Shown here one piece after another: positions 58,325 to 64,000 of a stretch of 64,000 bases of DNA (within the stretch, counting starts at the first letter, position 1; every line of letters begins with the position of its first letter). The position numbers and the translations under genes are program-made. This DNA is from Lachnospiraceae bacterium UBA3633. Its GTDB lineage: Bacteria > Bacillota > Clostridia > Lachnospirales > Lachnospiraceae. A model generated the notes under the pieces. The model ran no database searches and was not told where the DNA came from. It worked only from the letters and a program-made list of their open reading frames with translations. The stretch spans positions 15,839 through 79,838 of the forward strand of contig DFKY01000003.1 of NCBI GenBank assembly GCA_002374095.1, written 5' to 3'.

Positions 58325-59010
58325 AAGTTTTTCCTACTTATAATTTTATATTCACCAACTTTTATATCACCAAGTTTACAATTCATAATCCTAATTCTTT
58401 TTAAACTTGTCACATGATACCCAAGTTCCTTGCACATCCTTCTCACTTGGCGATTTAGCCCTTCGGTTATAGTTATTGAAAACCTATATAGTTCTTTTCC
58501 GAAGCGATGAGTCTTACACGCTCTTGTCTTCTTATCTATTTCGCTAAGATATACTCCATTTTCAAGTTTTTTAAGAAACTCTTCTGTAATCTCTTTACTT
58601 ACTCGAACTTCATATTCTTTTTCATAGTTATTCTTTTTATCTGTTATCTCTCGCGCTAAGTCTCCATCATTTGTAAGAAGTAGTAGTCCTGTCGTATCTT
58701 TATCAAGTCTACCTATCGTAAAGAGTCTTTTATCAAATCCTAATTCTTTTATCTTATCACTAATTTTTTCAGCTTTCTCAACCTTACTTTCTGTGCAGAT
58801 AACTCCTTTTGGTTTGTTATAGGCTATCAGTATCTTCTCATTATCATTTAAAATTCTATTGCCATCAACTTCTATATCATCATTCACATCTACTTGCTCA
58901 CCAAGCGATGCAAGCTTACCATTTACTTTTATCCGACCTTCACTTATTAATTTGTCTGCATTTCTCCTTGAGCAAACCCCAAGTTCAACCAATCTTTTAT
59001 TTAATCTCAT
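58312..59010 (-). CDS. RsuA/RluB/RluF-family pseudouridine synthase
   Basis: N-terminal S4 domain (RLNKRLVELGVCSRRNADKLI), the catalytic GRLDKDTTGLLLLTNDG, and GLNRQVRRM. Confidence 0.85.
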   Translation of the reverse strand: MRLNKRLVELGVCSRRNADKLISEGRIKVNGKLASLGEQVDVNDDIEVDGNRILNDNEKILIAYNKPKGVICTESKVEKAEKISDKIKELGFDKRLFTIGRLDKDTTGLLLLTNDGDLAREITDKKNNYEKEYEVRVSKEITEEFLKKLENGVYLSEIDKKTRACKTHRFGKELYRFSITITEGLNRQVRRMCKELGYHVTSLKRIRIMNCKLGDIKVGEYKIISRKNLGLA

Positions 59011-59023
59011 ATTTATCTATGCA

Positions 59024-60073
59024 TTAGTGGAAAAAGCACGCATCTCCAAAACTATAAAATCTATATTTTTCTTTTATGGCTTCCTTATAAGCATTCATTA
59101 CAATCTCACGGCTTGAAAATGCTGATACAAGCATGATAAGTGTTGAACCAGGAAGATGGAAGTTAGTAACAAGTGAATCTGCAAGTTTATACTTGTATCC
59201 TGGATATATAAATATATCCGTCTCACCTTCACACTCTTTTAGAAGATGGCAGCCTTTTTTCTCATCAAAGTAAGCTGCTGACTCTATACTTCTTATACTT
59301 GTAGTACCTACACATATTACTTTTTTCCCATTAAGCTTTGATGTATTTACCTTATCTGCTACATCTCGTGGTATAAAGTACCACTCTTTATGCATTTTAT
59401 GATCTTCTATTTTATCAACCTTCACAGGTCTAAAAGTTCCAAGTGATACATGAAGTGTGACATAAGCAATATTCACACCTTTCTTTTCTATCATATTAAG
59501 AAGTTCTTTTGTAAAATGAAGTCCTGCTGTAGGTGCAGCGACGGAGCCTTCATTTTTTGCATATACTGTCTGATATCTATCTTTGTCTTTAAGCTTATGT
59601 GTTATATATGGTGGAAGTGGCATCTCGCCAAGTGAATCAAGTATCTCTTCAAAGATGCCATCATAATCAAAATCAACTATACGATTACCATCAAGAAGAA
59701 TTTCTTTTACAGTACAGATGAGCTTGCCATCACCAAATGATACCTTTGCTCCAACTTTTAATTTCTTTCCCGGACGGACAAGACACTCCCAACGCTTATC
59801 ACTAATTCTTCTTACCAAGAAAACTTCACACACTCGTCCAAGCGAATTCGCATCCATAAGATTTCCTATAAGCCTTGCGGGGATAACTTTCGTCTCATTT
59901 AAAACGAGTGTATCACCAGCTTCAAGATAATCTATTATATCTTTAAACACATGATGAGATAGCTCTCCTGTCTTTTTATCTATAACGAGGAGCTTTGATT
60001 CATCTCTTTTTTCTATAGGATCTTGGGCTATGAGCTCTTTTGGTAAATCATATTTAAAATCATCAAGATTCAT
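59024..60073 (-). CDS. queA: tRNA preQ1(34) S-adenosylmethionine ribosyltransferase-isomerase
   Basis: [41 protein letters not shown] and GTTS. Confidence 0.95.
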   Translation of the reverse strand: MNLDDFKYDLPKELIAQDPIEKRDESKLLVIDKKTGELSHHVFKDIIDYLEAGDTLVLNETKVIPARLIGNLMDANSLGRVCEVFLVRRISDKRWECLVRPGKKLKVGAKVSFGDGKLICTVKEILLDGNRIVDFDYDGIFEEILDSLGEMPLPPYITHKLKDKDRYQTVYAKNEGSVAAPTAGLHFTKELLNMIEKKGVNIAYVTLHVSLGTFRPVKVDKIEDHKMHKEWYFIPRDVADKVNTSKLNGKKVICVGTTSIRSIESAAYFDEKKGCHLLKECEGETDIFIYPGYKYKLADSLVTNFHLPGSTLIMLVSAFSSREIVMNAYKEAIKEKYRFYSFGDACFFH

Positions 60074-60075
60074 AA

Positions 60076-60990
60076 TTAATCGTTTATCTCACTAAGTGAA
60101 GCAATCACATTTTCAAAAAATGCTTCTGCTCTTTCCTTTGCTATCTTATTATTACTTATTGCATTTATGATATCTACTAATTTATCTATATCTTTTATAG
60201 GGTCAAGTTTTCTAAACCATGTATCACTTTCACCATTTTTGTATAATGAATCAAGCTCCACACTTTGATTCATCTCAAATTGTCTAAGCGAATTATAAGA
60301 GAGTCTTAAACTTTCACTTCTATCAATTGCCTCAGTCAGTTTTTCTGTCACATCATCATATAAAGCTTTTACCACTTCTGTATTAGATACTGCCATTATG
60401 TACTTACTCGTGCCTACATCCATATCGCCTTTTATCCTATAGCCGTCATCAGCTTTTTCAAGATAAAAAAGTAATATCATAGGAGCTTTTGAGTCTGTAA
60501 ATCCAAGACTTAAATCATATAGAACTATTGCTACTTTTTCATCACTTTCGATTCCATCACACACATAGATCTTAATATCATCATAGGATTTTACAAAAAC
60601 TTTTTCATACTTTAGTCTATTCACTATCTCATCAAATGAATTATTTTTTCGATTTCTCTCTTCAGCATAGTAATCTCTTCCATACATTGAAAAGATTCGT
60701 GGATAGTCAAGTGATGTCTTTGCTTTAAAATAATCATCTATAAAGTCGTTTACTTCTTCATCATTACTTCTTGTGACAACTATGTCTTCTTCGTTGTAAG
60801 ATCTATCATTTTGTCCTACACTTTTTTCATTATTAATTTGCCACATCATAACAATAGCAATGATAATAGTCGCAAATACCATTGCTATGATTGCTTTCTT
60901 CTTTGATTCAAAGCTTTCTTTAGTTAGTTCATTTTTATTATCTTGCTCGTTTTCCATCACTACCGTAATAATATCCACCATACCATGCAT
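60076..60990 (-). CDS. Hypothetical single-pass membrane protein
   Basis: One TM helix ([18 protein letters not shown]) followed by a soluble domain of about 250 aa. I recognise no family. The start is probably the internal ATG at 60957 (MENEQ...). Either start overlaps the upstream gene. Confidence 0.5.
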   Translation of the reverse strand: MHGMVDIITVVMENEQDNKNELTKESFESKKKAIIAMVFATIIIAIVMMWQINNEKSVGQNDRSYNEEDIVVTRSNDEEVNDFIDDYFKAKTSLDYPRIFSMYGRDYYAEERNRKNNSFDEIVNRLKYEKVFVKSYDDIKIYVCDGIESDEKVAIVLYDLSLGFTDSKAPMILLFYLEKADDGYRIKGDMDVGTSKYIMAVSNTEVVKALYDDVTEKLTEAIDRSESLRLSYNSLRQFEMNQSVELDSLYKNGESDTWFRKLDPIKDIDKLVDIINAISNNKIAKERAEAFFENVIASLSEIND

Positions 60991-62251
60991 TCATGATACA
61001 AATACCATTACTGTCAAATGCATATATACCAGTGCCCCATGCATAATCTGTTATCTCAGTACTTGTATTCGCATACATAGCTCCATACCCGTTGCCATTT
61101 ACTGCTTTAAAATAATACCATGCTCCATTGATTTTCTGCCAACCAGTAAGCATCTTACCTTCAGCATTTAGATAATACCAGTATCCAGTTGAATTATCTT
61201 TGAACCACTGGTTTGCAAGAACATATCCATTATCTCCAAATCTATAATAGTATCCGTCAATCAGATACCATGTAGATCTCAATAGCACACCATTACCTTG
61301 ATAAAAATATCTTCCACGACTATCTACATGCCATCCACTCTCAAGTCCTTGAGTGATTTGAGGTGAACCTGTAGCATTTGATGCACCTTGATTATAGTTA
61401 TATGCGCCTTGATTATAATTATACGCACCCTGATTATAACTTCCTACACCAGAATAATAATTTGGATTCGTCTGGCTATTGGTATTTGTAGCATTCGTAG
61501 CTCCTGTTCCTCCAAATGGTGATGGTGCTACAGGATAACTTGATACACCTGTATAAGGCGACAACACACTACTTCCATATGGACTATTATTTACATATCC
61601 AGGACCTTGTGCAACAGCTGTCCCTTGATACTGAGAATTAGTATAAAAATTATTGCTTTGATTGCCAGCATAATTATAAATTATCTCACCATTCGGGCCT
61701 ATTACATAATACTGATTGCCATAAGGATAATAACCATACTGTACAACTCCTGGACCATACATATAGGAAGATCCACTTCCTATACCACTCGTACTACTGC
61801 CACCTGCGGTTATATCATCTTCCGTGACTGGTACTCCTTCATAGGTTGACCATCCTGATGGATTAACTATCATTGTCCACTCACTATAATTTCCTTCAAG
61901 GTTTTCACCTCTTATCTGGAATTGATAATACCCAACTGACGATATGCTAAATGTATACTCTGTCTCAGTTGGATCAACATATTTTATGCCGCCAGTCGTC
62001 TTGTATGTATATGTCACAGTCGTTCCATTGATACTTGACACTCTTTTAAGAAGCTGAAGTGCGAATCTCTTATAACCAGGCCTATACGTAGGCGGTATAA
62101 AATGTGCCGTACCATCAGAGTTTAATGACAAAGTCGCCGAACTAAAAGATGCTATAGTAGGATCAAGCTTGCCAGCAGCATATGACTTCACATTAAATAG
62201 TACTATGGTCATAGCAATTATAAAAAGAGTTTTTAAAATGTTTTTATTCAT
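60938..62251 (-). CDS. Secreted cell-wall-binding repeat protein (CW_binding_1-type repeats) with an Ig/Fn3-like N-domain and a Y/G/N/Q-rich linker
   Basis: Start set at the ATG at 62251 (MNKNILK), 6 nt after an AGGAGG SD; the track start at 62278 has no SD. It has a signal peptide. The C-terminal repeats are of the GWxxxxGxWYYF type (GWHVDSRGRYFYQ, STWYLIDGYYYRFGDNG, NQWFKDNSTGYWYYLNAEGKMLTGWQKINGAWYYF). Confidence 0.75.
   Translation of the reverse strand: MNKNILKTLFIIAMTIVLFNVKSYAAGKLDPTIASFSSATLSLNSDGTAHFIPPTYRPGYKRFALQLLKRVSSINGTTVTYTYKTTGGIKYVDPTETEYTFSISSVGYYQFQIRGENLEGNYSEWTMIVNPSGWSTYEGVPVTEDDITAGGSSTSGIGSGSSYMYGPGVVQYGYYPYGNQYYVIGPNGEIIYNYAGNQSNNFYTNSQYQGTAVAQGPGYVNNSPYGSSVLSPYTGVSSYPVAPSPFGGTGATNATNTNSQTNPNYYSGVGSYNQGAYNYNQGAYNYNQGASNATGSPQITQGLESGWHVDSRGRYFYQGNGVLLRSTWYLIDGYYYRFGDNGYVLANQWFKDNSTGYWYYLNAEGKMLTGWQKINGAWYYFKAVNGNGYGAMYANTSTEITDYAWGTGIYAFDSNGICIMNAWYGGYYYGSDGKRAR
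61383..61445 (-). repeat. 3 x 21-bp tandem repeat within the CDS (encodes NQGAYNY x3)
   Basis: GCACCTTGATTATAGTTATAT, GCGCCTTGATTATAATTATAC and GCACCCTGATTATAACTTCCT. Confidence 0.85.
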
Positions 62252-62261
62252 TACACTCCTC

Positions 62262-63500
62262 CTAAAAAGTACTAGCAATTTTCAATGCTTCGTACACATT
62301 GATAATGCCGTTACTTTTGCTTAAGCCTAAAAGGCTCTCAATGGGTGTTGATGTATTAATTATAATATTTTTATAAGACGATATAGGAACATTTGGAAAT
62401 CTGCTATATATCATCGCGCATAAGGCTGACACAAATGGTGCTGACATGCTTGTGCCTGTGAGATAAGCATAAGTACCATATGGAGTCGTACTCAATATAT
62501 AAGTTCCTGGTGCAAATACATCTACATATGATCCGTAATTTGCACTTACATATCTTTTACCATCAAATGCAATATTGGAAACTGATATGACATTATCAAG
62601 ATTTAGTTTTGCTGGATATACATCTCTTTCATCCAAACTATAACCTACAAAATTCATACCATTACCAGCTGACACTATGAAAAGCATATCACTATTATCT
62701 CTTATCGCCTCATCTATACTTGCGTCATAACTATATGTACCAAGTGATATATTGCATATCATCGCACCATTATTTTTTGCATATGTTATCGCGTCAATCA
62801 CTGATGCCATATATCCATTTTCATTAGCATCAAGAACTTTAAGTGGCATAATTTTTATGTGCTCATCATATGCAAGTCCATACACTCCACCATTCACATG
62901 ACTACCTGATATAATTCCTGCTGCATGTGTGCCATGAACTTCCAACAGACTTTCCGGCATCACATTGGCATTTCCTTTATTGAAATTATATCCATATACA
63001 TCATCTATATATCCATTTGCATCATCATCAATGCCATTATTTGCAATCTCATCTACATTTACCCAGATGCTATCTTTTAAATCAGGATGAGTTATATCTA
63101 TCCCTGTATCTATCACTGCAATTACTATGTCTCGCCCATACGGCACACTTTTAAAAAGGTTAAAGCCTTCTTCCCATTTGGTATCTATGCCTTCGTGTGA
63201 AGCAAGTATTTTTGATGTATCGCTTGCACTATAATAAAAATTCATAATGTTTTTATCAGCAAAAAACATCGTGTCACTCACGAGTGCATCAAAAAACACA
63301 GGTTTGTAGCTTACCTCTAGTATATTTTTATTAACCATAAAATTGCCGTTATTTTTAAGTGCCCACTGATACTTAAAAAGATTATCGCTTCCAAAACTTG
63401 TAAAATCAGGAAGTGATAACAATACAAAAAATATAAGTAGAAATCTACTTACTTTTTTCATTTTTGGCAATCTAAGGAACAGATTTTTCCCTAATTGCAT
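62262..63500 (-). CDS. S8-family (subtilisin-like) serine peptidase, secreted
   Basis: Catalytic triad motifs AVIDTGID, HGTHAAG and GTSMSAP, plus a signal peptide. The start is uncertain (63500 or 63461). Confidence 0.85.
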   Translation of the reverse strand: MQLGKNLFLRLPKMKKVSRFLLIFFVLLSLPDFTSFGSDNLFKYQWALKNNGNFMVNKNILEVSYKPVFFDALVSDTMFFADKNIMNFYYSASDTSKILASHEGIDTKWEEGFNLFKSVPYGRDIVIAVIDTGIDITHPDLKDSIWVNVDEIANNGIDDDANGYIDDVYGYNFNKGNANVMPESLLEVHGTHAAGIISGSHVNGGVYGLAYDEHIKIMPLKVLDANENGYMASVIDAITYAKNNGAMICNISLGTYSYDASIDEAIRDNSDMLFIVSAGNGMNFVGYSLDERDVYPAKLNLDNVISVSNIAFDGKRYVSANYGSYVDVFAPGTYILSTTPYGTYAYLTGTSMSAPFVSALCAMIYSRFPNVPISSYKNIIINTSTPIESLLGLSKSNGIINVYEALKIASTF

Positions 63501-63589
63501 AATAATATAATTATATAAAATTTGCCCATTTTTTTCAACTTTTAATAAGTTATTTAGATATAACCTATTATAAAAAAATGAAATTTTTA

Positions 63590-63618
63590 TTGTAAGTTTT
63601 TCTTAAAAAGTATATAAT
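63590..63618 (+). promoter_or_regulatory. Candidate sigma-A promoter of the TAXI-TRAP receptor gene
   Basis: TTGTAA (63590-63595), a 17-nt spacer, then TATAAT (63613-63618). Confidence 0.45.
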
Positions 63619-63665
63619 TAGCTATATTGTTAAGTAATTCTATTATTAACAAAATAGGAGGAAAT

Positions 63666-64000
63666 ATGAAAGGTTTTAAAAGGGCTCTAAGCCTTACAAT
63701 GGTTTTATTACTCACATTTATTATCGCTTCATGCGGTAGCACAAGCAGTGCAACAAATTCCAAAAAAATAACTCTTGCTTCTGGTGGCACTTCTGGTACA
63801 TATTATGGATTTTCAGGTGTTATTGCGCAAAGATTAAATGAAACTCTCAGCGATAAGTTAAAAATCAATGTCGTATCAACAGGCGCATCTAAAGTCAATG
63901 TCCAAATGATAGATGATGGTGATGCCGATATAGCAATACTCCAAAATGATGTTATGTCATATGCATACAATGCCACTGATATGTTTGAAGGCTCTACCCC
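63666..64000 (+). CDS. TAXI-family TRAP transporter solute-binding lipoprotein (5' part; runs off the window end)
   Basis: AGGAGG SD then ATG. The translation MKGFKRALSLTMVLLLTFIIASCGS...ITLASGGTSGTYYGFSGVIAQ...AILQNDV has a lipobox and the GGTSGTYY motif typical of TIGR02122 receptors. Confidence 0.8.
   Translation, partial: MKGFKRALSLTMVLLLTFIIASCGSTSSATNSKKITLASGGTSGTYYGFSGVIAQRLNETLSDKLKINVVSTGASKVNVQMIDDGDADIAILQNDVMSYAYNATDMFEGST

Noticed and set aside
63587-63790. 67-aa minus-strand ORF overlapping the start of the TAXI-TRAP receptor gene.
   Set aside because: It is antisense to a gene with a strong SD, a lipobox and family motifs. It has no SD of its own.
1-64000. Search for selenoprotein genes (an in-frame TGA joining two adjacent same-frame ORFs, with a downstream hairpin), given the sel operon.
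   Set aside because: No pair of adjacent same-strand ORFs looked like one gene split by TGA. All gaps are explained by spacers, repeats or terminators. The selenoprotein genes of this genome are presumably elsewhere. Only a by-eye check was done.

Overview
This is an AT-rich, Clostridia-like (Firmicutes) chromosomal segment. Almost all of it is densely packed core housekeeping genes, and about 46 of 55 genes are on the minus strand. From left to right:

- Left edge: a truncated [FeFe]-hydrogenase with a GltD/NuoF-like diaphorase partner.
- 2.4-6.6 kb: a complete selenocysteine-decoding module (tRNA-Sec selC, selA, selB) with a translationally coupled YbaK/ProX-type deacylase.
- 6.6-14.5 kb: rpsF-ssb-rpsR, a HemZ-type radical SAM gene, comEC, a YfcE-type phosphodiesterase and a DUF362 Fe-S protein.
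- 14.6-17.7 kb: a redox cluster with two iron-sulfur flavoproteins, TspO, Nudix and ferritin.
- 18.0-29.5 kb: a beta-helix lipoprotein, an orphan Wzt/TagH-like ABC ATPase, a 1421-aa double-ATPase CoA-dehydratase activase-like protein, rfbC, an RluA-family synthase and several DUF proteins.
- 29.8-41.2 kb: trxB, an SDR, a potD-like gene, lepA, pgk, gap, a Na/Pi cotransporter, mrp, a LysR regulator and a phosphoribosyltransferase.
- 41.2-60.1 kb: a heterodimeric ABC exporter pair, priA, murE, a DHHW + MBOAT acyltransferase pair, ftsK, ychF, lgt, ligA, a pseudouridine synthase and queA.
- Right edge: a membrane protein, a cell-wall-binding repeat protein, an S8 peptidase and a truncated TAXI-TRAP receptor.

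I found no transposase, integrase, phage gene, CRISPR array or recognisable defence system, and I cannot point to a novel multi-gene protein system.

The most unusual signal that the gene calls do not explain is a family of short GC-rich, imperfectly palindromic repeats with consensus GTAN-GGGCGAGC-N3-GCGAGCCC in units of about 26-30 nt.

- It occupies at least seven intergenic junctions, in one case (55207-55290) as an alternating-orientation, REP/BIME-like cluster.
- It supplies the stop codon (and for lgt also the C-terminal residues) of lgt, murE and the rsuA-like gene, and directly abuts the stop codons of selA, the DUF362 gene and an ABC exporter gene.
- In one case it is expanded as four in-frame 30-bp tandem units inside the linker of the ABC ATPase gene.

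Secondary points of interest are the sel-operon architecture, a roughly 250-nt region with nested helices upstream of rpsF, and a phased A-tract array. All calls rest on motif recognition by eye. No searches or folding programs were run.
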